Shown one piece after another: positions 39,721-50,736 of a stretch of 57,916 nt of DNA. Where the stretch lies: contig CALHAX010000035.1 of NCBI GenBank assembly GCA_937931785.1, positions 1-57,916 on the forward strand, in the 5' to 3' direction. Within the stretch, counting starts at the first letter, position 1. Each line of letters starts with the position of its first letter. A program made the translations under genes and the position numbers. The notes below the pieces were generated by a model. The model was given only the letters and a program-made list of their open reading frames with translations, did no database searches and had not been told where the DNA came from. The DNA is from an uncultured Hyphomicrobiaceae bacterium. GTDB lineage: Bacteria > Pseudomonadota > Alphaproteobacteria > Rhizobiales > CALHAX01.

Positions 39721-41265
39721 TCACGCTGCCACAGCCATTTGCATCATTTCCGTCCGGTAGCTGAGTGCTTCTGCAACGTGGAACCGAGATAGCTCGTTTT
39801 CACCGTCAAGATCTGCGATCGTACGGGACAACCGCAACGTGCGATGATATCCGCGCGCCGTCAGCTTCATCGTTTCTGCGGCGTCGAGCAAAAGTTGACG
39901 CGCATCGACTGCAAGAGGCGACACCTCCTCCAGAACAGCACCGGATACCTGTGCATTGGTGTACGTCTTCGCCAGGCCGAGCGACGCAAATCGGTTCCGT
40001 TGTGTGGTTCTCGCCGCGGCGACGCGAGAGGCAACTTCAGCGCTGCCTTCACGAGGCGCCGGCGCGGCGAGATCGGCGACACTGACGGCCGGAACTTCGA
40101 TTTGAACATCGATCCGATCGAGGAGTGGACCGGAGATCCGGGACTGGTAGTTTGCGGCACAATTTTGCCCTCTCTTGCATGTCGCACCCGGTGTCCAGTG
40201 GCCGCACTTGCAGGGATTCATAGCGGCGACGAGCTGAATGCGCGACGGGTATGTCGTGCGATGATTGGCTCGGGCAACAGCCGTTTCTCCGGTTTCCAGA
40301 GGTTGGCGCAGGGCATCGAGGACCTGGGGCGAAAATTCCGGCAATTCATCCAGGAACAGCACACCCAGATGCGCCAGTGCCGCCTCGCCCGGCCGCGGTT
40401 TTATTCCGCCACCAACCAACGCCGCCATGCTGGCAGAGTGATGCGGCGCACGAAAAGGGCGCGCGCGGGCGAGGCGTCCCCCCGATAGTTCCCCGGCGAG
40501 GGAATGAATCATGCTGACTTCCAGCATTTCGGCGGCAGACAGGGGGGGTAGAATCGTCGGCAGACGCTGCGCCAACATTGACTTACCAGACCCCGGTGGT
40601 CCGACCATCAGCATGTTGTGCCCCCCTGCCGCGACAACCTCCAACGCACGTTTGGCACTCTCCTGCCCCTTGATGTCTCGCAGATCTAAGAGGTTTTTGG
40701 CTTCTTCACGGATTTCCGGCTCAGGGCGCGCAAGACTTTGCAATCCCTTGAAATGGTTGATCAGACCAATGAGATGATCCGGCGCAAGAATATCCATATC
40801 AGCCGAACCCCACGCGGCCTCCGCACCGCAGGCCTTGGGACAAATCAAACCTTTCCCCATGGCATTGGCACCTATTGCAGCAGGCAAAGCACCGATAATC
40901 GCGGCGATCGCGCCGTCCAGCGCAAGTTCCCCAACCGCGCAATAATCGTCCATGGCATCTTGCGGAATGACGCCGAATGCGACCAGGAGTGCCAGAAGGA
41001 TCGGAAGATCGAAGTGGCTGCCCTCCTTTGGCAAATCTGCTGGTGCGAGAGACACAGTGATATGCTTGGAGGGCAAACCGATGCCGACGGCATGCAACGC
41101 ACCGCGCACACGTTCCCGACTTTCCGCAACAGCTTTGTCTGGCAGGCCAACGATAACAAATGCAGGAGCGCCAGACGACAGCTGCACCTGCGCGGTGACC
41201 GGCTTCACGTCGATTCCGGCAAACGTCAGTGTTGAAACCTGTCCAAACATAGTAAACCCAATCAA
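39721..41265 (-). CDS. YifB/ComM-family Mg-chelatase-like AAA+ ATPase
   Basis: Lon-like N-domain, Walker A GPPGSGKSM, Zn-ribbon, C-terminal ChlI domain. Confidence 0.85.
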   Translation of the reverse strand: MIGFTMFGQVSTLTFAGIDVKPVTAQVQLSSGAPAFVIVGLPDKAVAESRERVRGALHAVGIGLPSKHITVSLAPADLPKEGSHFDLPILLALLVAFGVIPQDAMDDYCAVGELALDGAIAAIIGALPAAIGANAMGKGLICPKACGAEAAWGSADMDILAPDHLIGLINHFKGLQSLARPEPEIREEAKNLLDLRDIKGQESAKRALEVVAAGGHNMLMVGPPGSGKSMLAQRLPTILPPLSAAEMLEVSMIHSLAGELSGGRLARARPFRAPHHSASMAALVGGGIKPRPGEAALAHLGVLFLDELPEFSPQVLDALRQPLETGETAVARANHRTTYPSRIQLVAAMNPCKCGHWTPGATCKRGQNCAANYQSRISGPLLDRIDVQIEVPAVSVADLAAPAPREGSAEVASRVAAARTTQRNRFASLGLAKTYTNAQVSGAVLEEVSPLAVDARQLLLDAAETMKLTARGYHRTLRLSRTIADLDGENELSRFHVAEALSYRTEMMQMAVAA

Positions 41266-41333
41266 ATACTGGGATCAAACTATATCAATGGAAAACAATT
41301 TCAAGAACAAAATAAGAACATATATTTTTTACT

Positions 41334-42278
41334 CTACGCGCCACCCTTTGCCTCGATCACGTCCCAAATCATGGCTGCGATATCGTTTCCCCCGAATCTT
41401 GCAACTTCGCGTATGCCAGTGGGTGAGGTCACGTTGATTTCGGTGAGCACATCGCCAATGACATCGATGCCCGTGAAAACAAGCCCACGGGCCTTGAGTT
41501 CCGGTGCAAGACGGGCACAAATCTCACGATCACGATCCGTCAACTCTATGTGCTCGGCCTTGCCACCAACGTGCATGTTGGAGCGGGCTTCATCGGCGGC
41601 GGGAACGCGGTTGATGGCACCAGCGATTTCGCCATCGATCAGGATGATACGCTTGTCGCCTTCTCGCACAGCCTTCTGGTATTGCTGCACCATGAAAGGT
41701 TCCGGTGCCATCTGCTGGAACATTTCAACCAGCGCGTTGAGGTTGGTATCACCTGGTGTAAGGCTGAATACTGCCGCGCCGCCGTTCCCGTAGAGTGGCT
41801 TGATGATGATGTTGTCGTATTCGGCACGGAAGGCTTTTACCTCCTCCAACGACCGGGTGACCATGGTTGGTGGCATCAGATCCGGATAGTCGAGGACAAA
41901 AATCTTCTCCGGCGCATTGCGAACGTGGGCCGGGTCGTTGACGACAAGTGTTTGCGGGTGGATGCGCTCCAGCAGGTGCGTTGTCGTGATGTAGCCCATG
42001 TCGAATGGCGGATCCTGACGCAGCAGCACCGCATCAAACTCCGAAAGATCGGCCCGGCGCTGGCCTGAAATCTCGAAATGACCGCCAACCTTGTCGGCAA
42101 CCTTGAGGGTGGTCCCTTCAGCTACAACCTTTCCACCAGAGAGCGTGAGTGCGGCGGGCGTGTAGTAGAAAATGCTGTGGCCGCGCTTCTGAGCTTCGAG
42201 CAGCATGGCGAAGGTGGAGTCGCCTGCGATGTCGATGTTTTCAATCGGATCCATCTGAACGGCGATGTTGAGCGGCAT
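41334..42278 (-). CDS. gshB: glutathione synthetase
   Basis: [30 protein letters not shown].. and ATP-grasp C-terminal half; the ORF track adds 32 aa. Confidence 0.9.
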   Translation of the reverse strand: MPLNIAVQMDPIENIDIAGDSTFAMLLEAQKRGHSIFYYTPAALTLSGGKVVAEGTTLKVADKVGGHFEISGQRRADLSEFDAVLLRQDPPFDMGYITTTHLLERIHPQTLVVNDPAHVRNAPEKIFVLDYPDLMPPTMVTRSLEEVKAFRAEYDNIIIKPLYGNGGAAVFSLTPGDTNLNALVEMFQQMAPEPFMVQQYQKAVREGDKRIILIDGEIAGAINRVPAADEARSNMHVGGKAEHIELTDRDREICARLAPELKARGLVFTGIDVIGDVLTEINVTSPTGIREVARFGGNDIAAMIWDVIEAKGGA

Positions 42279-42322
42279 TTGGGGAAACTCCAGAGTTCGG
42301 GGAAGGGACAAGCTCGCCGTGC

Positions 42323-42715
42323 TTAGCGGTGATCGAACGCGTCTTTCAAGTAGTGTGGACGCAAAATCGGCCACCGTTTGGCTGGCACCAATGCCATGAC
42401 ATCATAACCACTGTCGCCAGTATAGCTCGCTGCATGACGGCGCAGCCAAAGCGCGGCCGCTTGACGGACACGGTGCTGCAACTTCGGAGTGATTGAATTC
42501 AACGCATCGTCGAGAGACTTGCGGCGTTTGACTTCGACAAAGGCGATTCGGCGTCTGCGTTTTGCGATTACATCAATTTCGCCAAGCGGTGTCTTGTAGC
42601 GTATATGCAGAATTCGATAACCACGCAGCATGAGACAGGCCGCCGCATACCATTCTGCCCGGCGGCCGCTCTTGTAGCGCGCCAGACGCTCAGCACGTTT
42701 CAACGTCGATTTCAT
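42323..42715 (-). CDS. yraN: YraN-family (UPF0102) endonuclease
   Basis: ..[35 protein letters not shown].. Confidence 0.8.
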   Translation of the reverse strand: MKSTLKRAERLARYKSGRRAEWYAAACLMLRGYRILHIRYKTPLGEIDVIAKRRRRIAFVEVKRRKSLDDALNSITPKLQHRVRQAAALWLRRHAASYTGDSGYDVMALVPAKRWPILRPHYLKDAFDHR

Positions 42716-43644
42716 GCGCCTGTGCCGTGGGTATTATGAACCAGCCCAAGATCGTAGATGCGCTTGCGAGAAATGCCGAAATGTTCCGCTAATTCACGCG
42801 ATGCGTCCCGTAAACTCATGGTTTCGAGAAGGCTGTCGAGTGCATCACAGATTGTCTCGTCGTCTACCGCTATGGCCTTTGCTGGCGGCCCCACGAGGAT
42901 CACGAACTCACCGCGCGCGTTGCCGTCGGCGTATTGGTCCGCCAATCCCGGAAGCGTGCCGCACAAATGCTCTTCGTATCGTTTCGTGAGCTCGCGGGTG
43001 ACGGCCGCGGGACGTGGACCGAGGACGGTGGCGAGATCTGCCAGCGTTGCGGCGACCCGCCCTGGTGCCTCATAGAAGACAAGTGTTCCGGGAATCTCAG
43101 CCAGCTTTTTCAAACGGTCGCGCCGGGCTGCGCCCTTTGGAGGCAGAAACCCCTCAAAAAAGAAGCGGTCGATTTCCAGACCGGATACGGAAAGACCGGC
43201 CAAAACGGCCGATGGTCCTGGAATCGCGCGCACCGGAACATCCGCGGCACGGGCTTCCCGCACAAGCTTGTGTCCAGGGTCCGATACAAGCGGCGTGCCG
43301 GCGTCAGACACCAGCGCAATCGCGGCGCCAGCCTCCAGTGCCGCCACAATCTGCGGGCGTTCACGGTCTGCATTGTGCTCGTGATAGGCCTTCAGTCTGG
43401 GGCGCAAACCATATCGCTCGGTCAATTTTCGCGTTTGGCGCGTATCTTCACAGTAAATCGTCTCGGCGGTTGCCAGCACGTGCAAAGCCCGGATTGTGAT
43501 GTCAGACAGATTGCCAATCGGCGTTGCGACCAGATACAGACCTGGCGAGAGGGATTTTGCTTCCAAAACAGCAAGTTGAGCCGCAATGGCCCGCATAAGC
43601 TCGTCTGTTGAATTGGCGGCCGAAACGGACTGTAGCTCGGTCAT
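42712..43644 (-). CDS. rsmI: 16S rRNA (cytidine1402-2'-O)-methyltransferase
   Basis: ..LYLVATPIGNLSDITIRALHVL..ETIYCEDTRQT.. Confidence 0.9.
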   Translation of the reverse strand: MTELQSVSAANSTDELMRAIAAQLAVLEAKSLSPGLYLVATPIGNLSDITIRALHVLATAETIYCEDTRQTRKLTERYGLRPRLKAYHEHNADRERPQIVAALEAGAAIALVSDAGTPLVSDPGHKLVREARAADVPVRAIPGPSAVLAGLSVSGLEIDRFFFEGFLPPKGAARRDRLKKLAEIPGTLVFYEAPGRVAATLADLATVLGPRPAAVTRELTKRYEEHLCGTLPGLADQYADGNARGEFVILVGPPAKAIAVDDETICDALDSLLETMSLRDASRELAEHFGISRKRIYDLGLVHNTHGTGA

Positions 43645-43903
43645 CCAAACCTCTCATGCGCACAATCGTAATTTGATATCATCGCGAAGCGACTTGACGT
43701 GCCATTGGTCCACGGCGTTTACCACATATATTTCCCACATCCCGCCTCTCAAGTCATTGTGTCATCACGCGAATCCCGATCTTACTGATTCGTAGTATCG
43801 CTCGACGTGTTCACGTTGCGGCCATAGTGTGGGGTTAGCTCGGCTTGGCAAGAGCCGTCCGGCGGGTGATTTCACGACTCTTTCGACTGCGTGACACCCC
43901 GAA

Positions 43904-45196
43904 TTGGGGACCGGATGTATGGGACAGGCAATGATTGAATTGATCCCGAATTGGGTGCGCGGTTTGACCGCCAGCATGTGTGCAGGTCTGGCGCTGGGCG
44001 CCTGTGTCGCCGGAAGCGGAACCAACCTTCTTGGCACACCGCCGCAAGCGAATGTCCAACCCGCGAATGTGTCGCCGGAAACGCCGATTGCGCAGCGTCA
44101 AAGCGTGAAGGTTGCGCTTCTGTTGCCGCTCACGAAGGCTGGCCGTGCCGGACAAGTTGCAAAAAATCTGAAGCAGGCTGGCGAGCTGGCACTGTTCGAG
44201 TTCGACCGCCCGGATGTGGTGCTCTTCACGAAAGACACCAAAGGCACGCCTGAAGGGGCCCGTGAAGCCGCGATGGAAGCGGTGAAGAATGGTGCAGAGC
44301 TCATTATTGGACCATTATTCGCAGACTCCGTTCGCGCAGCCTCAGTGATCACACGAAGCGCGCGGGTGCCGATGGTGGCGTTCTCGAGTGATCGTTCGGT
44401 TGCTGGCGAAAATGTCTTCCTGATGAGTTTCCTAGCTGGCGATGACGTTGCCCGGATCGTTAATTATGCGGCTGGACAGGGCAAACGGCGCTTTGCGGCT
44501 CTTGTGCCGAAGACTCCTTACGGCCAGATTGTCGAGCGGACCTTCCGGAATTCCGTTGCCCAATCCGGTGGGCAGGTTTTGGCTGTTGAGCATTTCCCGC
44601 TTGATGCCAACGGGATGCTCGCCCCGGTGAAGCGACTGAAGGCCGTTGAGAAAGCGTCCGCAGCGCGCGGTGAGCCTTTGGATGCCATCCTGATCCCTGC
44701 CGGGCAACGGGCGATGCCGACCTTGTCGCCACTCATGCCCTACTTCAGCATCGACACCACAAAAGTGAAACTGCTTGGCACAGGCGACTGGGATTATCCC
44801 AATGTGGGTGCGGAGAAGCCCCTGTTAACAGGGTGGTATCCGGCGCCGGATCCGAAGGGCTGGCGGACGTTTTCCCAACGCTATGTGAAGACCTATGGCA
44901 GTCCGCCACCGCGGATTGCGAGTATTGGCTATGATGCCGTGTCGCTGGCCGTTTCACTTTCACGCAATCCAGTTGGTCAACGGTTCACGCCTGCAAACCT
45001 GACGCGCGCAAGCGGATTTGCCGGTGTGGACGGTTTGTTCCGGCTGCGTCCGGACGGTACGGTGGAGCGTGGCCTCGCAGTGCTGGAAGTTCAGCGCTTT
45101 GGCCCCCGCGTGCTTGACCCGGCACCAAGTGCGTTTGGCGGTTCTGCGCAGTTTACCGCCGCACAGACCCGGGCCATCGATGGGGTTGTGAATTAG
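43904..45196 (+). CDS. periplasmic-binding-fold lipoprotein, LpoA(LppC)-like penicillin-binding-protein activator homologue
   Basis: Lipobox ..LALGAC; type-I periplasmic binding fold (Leu/Ile/Val-binding-protein-like); divergent from rsmI-yraN, mirroring the E. coli rsmI/lpoA-yraN linkage. Confidence 0.6.
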   Translation: MGTGCMGQAMIELIPNWVRGLTASMCAGLALGACVAGSGTNLLGTPPQANVQPANVSPETPIAQRQSVKVALLLPLTKAGRAGQVAKNLKQAGELALFEFDRPDVVLFTKDTKGTPEGAREAAMEAVKNGAELIIGPLFADSVRAASVITRSARVPMVAFSSDRSVAGENVFLMSFLAGDDVARIVNYAAGQGKRRFAALVPKTPYGQIVERTFRNSVAQSGGQVLAVEHFPLDANGMLAPVKRLKAVEKASAARGEPLDAILIPAGQRAMPTLSPLMPYFSIDTTKVKLLGTGDWDYPNVGAEKPLLTGWYPAPDPKGWRTFSQRYVKTYGSPPPRIASIGYDAVSLAVSLSRNPVGQRFTPANLTRASGFAGVDGLFRLRPDGTVERGLAVLEVQRFGPRVLDPAPSAFGGSAQFTAAQTRAIDGVVN

Positions 45197-45223
45197 GGTG
45201 TGTCCGACTTAAATGGAGACACC
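45197..45223. terminator. hairpin between convergent genes (ggtgtgtcc-N9-ggagacacc)
   Basis: 8/9-bp stem in the 42-bp spacer between the lipoprotein gene and hemW; no clear U-tract. Confidence 0.3.
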
Positions 45224-45238
45224 GGGATGTCTGCGGAG

Positions 45239-46504
45239 CTACCCGGGGGGTCGCGTCATGATTCCATTTGAATCAGACGCGCTATAGGGGCTGAGTGCAG
45301 AAGACAACCGCACAACGAGTTCGTTGAGAATTTTTTGTCCCTGCGACGTGATTGTTAACGTCGTCCCATCCAGAACGATATGCCCGTCGGTGACAAGCGG
45401 CGTGATGGCTGACGTGTTGAGCGTGTGACCTGTCAGACTTTTAAGCCAGTCCAGATCGACGCCTTCGACCAGCCGCGCGCCCATCAACAGCAATTCATCT
45501 GCCATCTGCCCCTGATCGAGGGGCGTGCTGTCGATCAGGCCGTTGCCCTGTTTTGAGACGCGATCGAGCCAGGCTTCCGGGTGTCGTTCAGCCTCCGTGG
45601 CGGTGCGAACTCCGTTGAGATCCAAGCGCCCATGTGCACCCGGGCCTATCCCGGCGTATGGTGCATATCGCCAGTAAACAAGGTTGTGGCGACATTCTTC
45701 TCCGGGACGTGCGTGGTTCGAGATTTCGTAATTGGGCAATCCCGCATCGGCGCACATGTCCTGTGTCAGCGTGAAGAGATCAGCCGCCAGACCTTCGCCT
45801 GGAACAGAAAGTTTGCCGGCCTGATGAAGCGCATGGAACGGCGTTCCAGCCTCGATGGTCAGTTGATAAAGCGACATGTGCCCGACGGGAAGCTTTAATG
45901 CTTCTGAGAGTTCGGACCGCCATGCGTCCACGGACTGACCTGAGCGAGCGTAGATGAGATCGGTGGAGACGCGGTCGAATTGCCTTGCGGCGATGTCAAT
46001 CGCAGCGCGGGCTTCGGCAACCGAATGGCGGCGGCCCAATGCTTTGAGGTCCGGATCGTTCAGCGCCTGGATGCCGAGGGAGACGCGGTTGACGCCCGCG
46101 CTCGCATAACCGGCAAACCGCTCCGCTTCGACGCTGGAGGGGTTGGCCTCGAGCGTGATTTCGACATGTGGGTCAAGGGACCAGTGGCGGGCGATATCAT
46201 CGATGATGGACGCCACGGTTGCAGGTTCCATCAGGGAGGGTGTTCCCCCGCCGAAAAAGATGCTTGTGACCGTTTCATCCTGCGTGCGGGCTGCGGTCCA
46301 TGCGATTTCGCGGGCGAAGGCTGCCCGGTAGGTCGACTGCCCGACAGGTTTGTGGCGAACGTGGCTGTTGAAGTCGCAGTACGGGCATTTCGACTCGCAG
46401 AATGGCCAGTGGATGTAAACGCCAAAGCCTGATGCGGGAGCGGAGGCGAAGGCGGATTTTGTTGACGGCTTTCCAGCTTCCATCACGTTCGTGTCCATTC
46501 TCAC
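45239..46504 (-). CDS. hemW: radical-SAM heme chaperone HemW (coproporphyrinogen III oxidase-like)
   Basis: ..YIHWPFCESKCPYCDFNS.. CxxxCxxC with HemN-like C-terminal domain. Confidence 0.85.
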   Translation of the reverse strand: MRMDTNVMEAGKPSTKSAFASAPASGFGVYIHWPFCESKCPYCDFNSHVRHKPVGQSTYRAAFAREIAWTAARTQDETVTSIFFGGGTPSLMEPATVASIIDDIARHWSLDPHVEITLEANPSSVEAERFAGYASAGVNRVSLGIQALNDPDLKALGRRHSVAEARAAIDIAARQFDRVSTDLIYARSGQSVDAWRSELSEALKLPVGHMSLYQLTIEAGTPFHALHQAGKLSVPGEGLAADLFTLTQDMCADAGLPNYEISNHARPGEECRHNLVYWRYAPYAGIGPGAHGRLDLNGVRTATEAERHPEAWLDRVSKQGNGLIDSTPLDQGQMADELLLMGARLVEGVDLDWLKSLTGHTLNTSAITPLVTDGHIVLDGTTLTITSQGQKILNELVVRLSSALSPYSASDSNGIMTRPPG

Positions 46505-46566
46505 CGTGACCTACGTTCGTCTTGCCCGCGTCGGCGAGGCCGCACTATTCTTTGAACGCACATTGC

Positions 46567-47181
46567 TCAATCCAGACACGTGGTTACGAATTGTGCGAAA
46601 GCATTGGCGCGATGGGACATTGCGTGTTTGTCAGCCGGATCCATTTCGGCAAATGTGATGTCGCGGCCTTTGGGAATAAAAATCGGATCGTAGCCAAAGC
46701 CCTTTTCGCCACGCATGGGCCAGACAAGGTGGCCAAATACTTTCCCTTCGAAACTTTCGCAATGTCCGTCCGGCCAGGCCAGCGAAAGGGCGCAGGTGAA
46801 GTTGGCGGTGCGGGCGTCATCGGAGTTGGCGCCTCGGTTGGACAACTCGGTCATGACCTTTTCCATCGCAACACCAAAATCCTTCGACGGTCCGGCCCAA
46901 CGGGCGGAATAAATGCCCGGCGCCCCATCGAGCGCCTGCACCTCAAGGCCACTGTCGTCCGAGAGCGCAGGAAGGTTCGCAGCAGTTGCTGCGGCGCGGG
47001 CCTTGAGCTCAGCGTTGCCAATGAACGTGGCCTCGGTTTCTTCCGGTTCAGGCAAACCGAGTTCGCCAGCGGACACTGCTTCGAGGCCATACGGGCGAAT
47101 AAGATCACCAATCTCGCGGACCTTGCCGGGATTGTGACTGGCGACAACCAGTTTTTGTCCGCGTTCGAGTTTGCGTGTCAT
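46567..47181 (-). CDS. rdgB: non-canonical purine NTP pyrophosphatase RdgB/HAM1
   Basis: ..[15 protein letters not shown].. through ..FGYDPIFIP..; start at MTRKLERG, 4-nt overlap with the upstream VOC gene. Confidence 0.85.
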   Translation of the reverse strand: MTRKLERGQKLVVASHNPGKVREIGDLIRPYGLEAVSAGELGLPEPEETEATFIGNAELKARAAATAANLPALSDDSGLEVQALDGAPGIYSARWAGPSKDFGVAMEKVMTELSNRGANSDDARTANFTCALSLAWPDGHCESFEGKVFGHLVWPMRGEKGFGYDPIFIPKGRDITFAEMDPADKHAMSHRANAFAQFVTTCLD

Positions 47182-47639
47182 TTCAGACCCCAGAGTTTCG
47201 GTTCGGCGAATTCCAGGCAGTTGCCTGCCGGATCGCGAAAGTAGATCGAACGCCCGCCTCCGGGCCATTCGAAGTCTGCTTCAATGGTAATATCCAGCGC
47301 TTCGAGATGGGTGCACCATGCGGTCATTTCATCAGCGGAGGCCCGGAAGCAGACGTGCCCTTCCCCAACGGCACCATGAGGCGGGACAGGTAACTTTCCC
47401 TTGGCTGGCGGAATGCGTGTCGCGTGCGGATTGAAAATCAGTAGGACCTGATCGCCGCAGCGATAGAATACCTGACGACCTGACGACTTGGTCAGCGGCT
47501 CCATGCCGAGCACATCGCGGTAGAACTCTTCAGCGGCAGTGAGGTCTTCGGCGTAAAGCACCGTTTCGAGAATAGCGGTAGGTTGCATTGCTAACATCTT
47601 TCTCCGCAACCATCCGCCATCCCTCATACGAACCTGCAC
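47178..47639 (-). CDS. VOC/glyoxalase-family protein (start probably an internal Met)
   Basis: ..[24 protein letters not shown].. plus C-terminal ..[12 protein letters not shown].. typical of the glyoxalase/bleomycin-resistance fold. Confidence 0.7.
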   Translation of the reverse strand: MQVRMRDGGWLRRKMLAMQPTAILETVLYAEDLTAAEEFYRDVLGMEPLTKSSGRQVFYRCGDQVLLIFNPHATRIPPAKGKLPVPPHGAVGEGHVCFRASADEMTAWCTHLEALDITIEADFEWPGGGRSIYFRDPAGNCLEFAEPKLWGLK

Positions 47640-47716
47640 CCGATGGGAAAAGGTTCAACTGCTGCGCCTTATCGAGTGAGTGATTCTCACTCCATACGCC
47701 CGCCAGCCTCCAGGAC

Positions 47717-48430
47717 TCAGGCCGTTGTCATCTTTTGGAGGTCAACGAGTTCGCCAATGCCTTTCTTGGCGAGACCAAGCAGTGCACCGAACTCGTCTTC
47801 GCTGAACGGGGCTTGCTCCGCCGTGCCCTGAATTTCAACGATGCCGCCAGAACCGGTCATGACAAAGTTCGCGTCTGTGTCCGCTTCACTGTCCTCAGGA
47901 TAATCGAGGTCCAGAACCGGTGTGCCCCCATAGATGCCACATGACACGGCTGCAATGTGATCTTTCAGTATGCCATCCGTTGGTATTTCGCGGGCTTTCA
48001 TCCACTGAATGCAGTCATGGAGGGCGACCCACGCCCCCGTAATCGAAGCCGTCCGCGTGCCACCGTCTGCCTGGATGACGTCGCAATCGACGGAAATCTG
48101 CTTCTCCCCAAGGGCCTTGAGATCGACAACTGCACGCAGCGACCTGCCAATCAGGCGTTGAATTTCCTGAGTCCGGCCCGATTGCTTACCAGCACTCGAC
48201 TCACGACGCATACGCTGTGTTGTCGAACGTGGTAGCATCCCATATTCTGCGGTGACCCAACCCTTCCCCTGGCCCTTGAGCCATGGTGGAATGCGTTCTT
48301 CGATACTTGCGGTGCACAGCACGTGTGTGTTGCCGCATTTGATCAGGCAGGAGCCTTCGGCGTGAAGGGAGACTGCACGTTCGATCTGGACCGAGCGCAT
48401 TTCATCTGGTTGCCGTTTGGACGGACGCAT
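47717..48430 (-). CDS. rph: ribonuclease PH
   Basis: [41 protein letters not shown].. Confidence 0.95.
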   Translation of the reverse strand: MRPSKRQPDEMRSVQIERAVSLHAEGSCLIKCGNTHVLCTASIEERIPPWLKGQGKGWVTAEYGMLPRSTTQRMRRESSAGKQSGRTQEIQRLIGRSLRAVVDLKALGEKQISVDCDVIQADGGTRTASITGAWVALHDCIQWMKAREIPTDGILKDHIAAVSCGIYGGTPVLDLDYPEDSEADTDANFVMTGSGGIVEIQGTAEQAPFSEDEFGALLGLAKKGIGELVDLQKMTTA

Positions 48431-48542
48431 GGGCGGGCTTTCTGTTAGGAATGTCGAAGACGTGTTTTGTAATTTGCGCGGACCGTAAGGACTGGGCCGC
48501 GCGCTGGCAAGAATTCTCCTCGTCTACGGCATCCAATCTCGT

Positions 48543-48571
48543 TTGACGCTTCGAGGCGCGCACCGTAGATT
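48543..48571 (+). promoter_or_regulatory. sigma70-like promoter candidate for hrcA (TTGACG-N17-TAGATT)
   Basis: Hexamers read directly; spacing 17. Confidence 0.25.
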
Positions 48572-48588
48572 CCTCTGCAACCTCACTA

Positions 48589-49680
48589 TTGCGGGTAAAC
48601 GACCATATGAAACCGGTTCTTGCAGCCCTTGATAATCTGGATGAACGTTCACGGACGATTTTCCGCGAGCTGGTGGAGTCGTATATCCACACCGGAGAGC
48701 CTGTCGGCTCCCGAAATATATCAAAGCAGCTCCCGATCCAGCTTTCGCCCGCATCCGTTCGCAACATCATGTCGGACCTGGAGCAACTCGGCCTGATCTA
48801 CGCGCCGCATACATCGGCGGGTCGTCTGCCAACGGAAAGTGGGCTGCGGCTGTTCGTTGACGGCCTGCTGGAGGTCGGCGACCTCGCGCCCGCTGAACGC
48901 CGACAGATCGAGGCGCAAATCAGCGGATCGCAGCAGGATCGCTCGATTGAGGACATGTTGACCGAAGCCGGCGAAATGATTTCGGGCTTGTCGCACTGCG
49001 CAGGTGTTGTGCTGACAGAACAGCCAAAACCTGACGCCGAAGCAAGCCTCAAGCATATCGAGTTCGTGCCTCTTGAGCCCGGCAAGGCGCTGGCTGTGAT
49101 CGTCAGTGCGGATAACAGTGTCGAAAACCGGATCATCGACCTGCCTAAAGGCTTGCCTGTTTCAGCGCTTACCGAAGCTGCCAACTACCTGAACGCGCAT
49201 ATCACCGGCATTCCCATGGATGAAGCTCGCCGCAAGATGGAAGCAGAACACAAGGCGCGCAAGGCGGAGCTGGATGCACTGACCGAGAAGGTCATCGAAT
49301 CCGGTATGGCCACATGGTCCAAGGACACTGCCGGGCAACCGAGCCTGATTGTACGCGGGCGCTCACATCTCATTTCCGAAATGAGTGCAGCGGAAGACAT
49401 TGAACGCGTAAGGCAGTTGTTCGATGACTTTGAGAAGAAGAACGACATCATCCAGATCCTGAACCTCGCCGAAACGGCAGAGGGGGTCCGGATTTTTATC
49501 GGATCGGAAAACAAGCTGTTCTCGATGTCCGGGTCTTCGCTCATTGTTGCGCCGTTTCAGAATTCCGAAAAGAAGGTTGTGGGTGTGCTTGGCGTCATCG
49601 GGCCAACGCGGCTGAACTATGCGCGGATCATTCCGATGGTGGATTACACGGCGCGGTTGGTCGGAAAACTGATGTCATAA
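48589..49680 (+). CDS. hrcA: heat-inducible transcription repressor HrcA
   Basis: N-terminal winged helix ..ERSRTIFRELVESYIHTGEPVGSRNIS.., followed by grpE as in the alphaproteobacterial hrcA-grpE arrangement. Confidence 0.9.
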   Translation: MRVNDHMKPVLAALDNLDERSRTIFRELVESYIHTGEPVGSRNISKQLPIQLSPASVRNIMSDLEQLGLIYAPHTSAGRLPTESGLRLFVDGLLEVGDLAPAERRQIEAQISGSQQDRSIEDMLTEAGEMISGLSHCAGVVLTEQPKPDAEASLKHIEFVPLEPGKALAVIVSADNSVENRIIDLPKGLPVSALTEAANYLNAHITGIPMDEARRKMEAEHKARKAELDALTEKVIESGMATWSKDTAGQPSLIVRGRSHLISEMSAAEDIERVRQLFDDFEKKNDIIQILNLAETAEGVRIFIGSENKLFSMSGSSLIVAPFQNSEKKVVGVLGVIGPTRLNYARIIPMVDYTARLVGKLMS

Positions 49681-49758
49681 TGCCAGCTACGTGATGCCGT
49701 GCCACGTGTGACTGCAAAGTCGCCCGAGCCCGGTTTATGGGTACAGGCGCGGCTATGC

Positions 49759-49788
49759 CTTGATTTTTGTGACGAGCAATATGATATC
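49759..49788 (+). promoter_or_regulatory. possible sigma32 (RpoH)-type promoter upstream of grpE (CTTGAT-N16-ATGATATC)
   Basis: The CTTGA -35 is characteristic of sigma32; the -10 is only a partial match. Confidence 0.25.
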
Positions 49789-49872
49789 CGGCTCAAGCGG
49801 CTTGGACATGGTCATGATTAAGTGGTCTGTCTGGGCGCATCTTCATTCAGCACCAGATATGAGCGGTTTTCG

Positions 49873-50736
49873 ATGAGCACTCCAGACGACGCGCCGAAAC
49901 CCGAGATTTCCGCAGAAAACGATCCTTCAACGATCTCCGACGCTGCTGAGGCGCCTATTCCTGCGGACAAGGCAGGCCTCAAGGCCGCAGCGGACGCGAT
50001 CTTGTCTGCGGGCAAATCCGAAAAAGCCAACGATGATACCGTGGAAAGCGCGGAAACCGTTGCAGACGATGAGCTGCCTGCGGAGCCGTCAGGTTGGGGC
50101 AAGGGTACGATTTCTGCGATCCGTTCCGCGCTTGGTGGTGGCAAGAATGCGGACGCCGTGGCCGATGAGATCACGAAGCTCGTCGATGAAAACGCCGAAG
50201 TGAAGGATCGCATGCTGCGTCTCGCGGCTGACATGGAAAACCTGCGCAAACGGACCGAACGCGAGAAAGCCGATACAGCAAAGTATGCCGTTTCGAAATT
50301 TGCCGAGGACATGCTGCGGGTCGGCGACAATCTGGGTCGGGCACTGGAGTCGGTTCCGGAAGACATGGAAGACAAGGACGCCGCTCTTAAAAGCCTGCGC
50401 GACGGAATTGCGATGACGAGCCAGGAGCTGGTGAATGGGTTGGAGAAACATGGCGTCGTCAAGGATGAACCGAAAGGCGAAGTGTTCGATCCGAATCGGC
50501 ACCAGGCCATTGCTCAGGTTGAGGATCCCGAGGTCCCCGCAGGCGTTATCTGTGAAGTGTTCCAGATCGGTTACATGATTTCCGACCGGGTGCTTCGCCC
50601 TGCGATGGTGGTCGTGTCGAAGGGCCCAGCAAAAGAAGCTCCTGCAGAAGTGGACGCAGGTTCTGCGGCTCCCGAAGCTGCGAATGATGATGCACCGGTT
50701 GAGAGTGACGAGACGCCAGCACCCGAGGCGAGTTGA
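49873..50736 (+). CDS. grpE: nucleotide exchange factor GrpE (288 aa, with extended low-complexity N- and C-termini)
   Basis: ..DRMLRLAADMENLRKRTEREK.. core; start at MSTPDDAP (49873). Confidence 0.9.
   Translation: MSTPDDAPKPEISAENDPSTISDAAEAPIPADKAGLKAAADAILSAGKSEKANDDTVESAETVADDELPAEPSGWGKGTISAIRSALGGGKNADAVADEITKLVDENAEVKDRMLRLAADMENLRKRTEREKADTAKYAVSKFAEDMLRVGDNLGRALESVPEDMEDKDAALKSLRDGIAMTSQELVNGLEKHGVVKDEPKGEVFDPNRHQAIAQVEDPEVPAGVICEVFQIGYMISDRVLRPAMVVVSKGPAKEAPAEVDAGSAAPEAANDDAPVESDETPAPEAS

Noticed and set aside
48430-48589. CIRCE operator expected near hrcA/grpE/dnaK
   Set aside because: I found no TTAGCACTC-N9-GAGTGCTAA or near variant in any heat-shock upstream region of this window.
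49818-50510. 230-aa Ser/Ala-rich minus-strand ORF
   Set aside because: Antisense to grpE; low-complexity shadow ORF.
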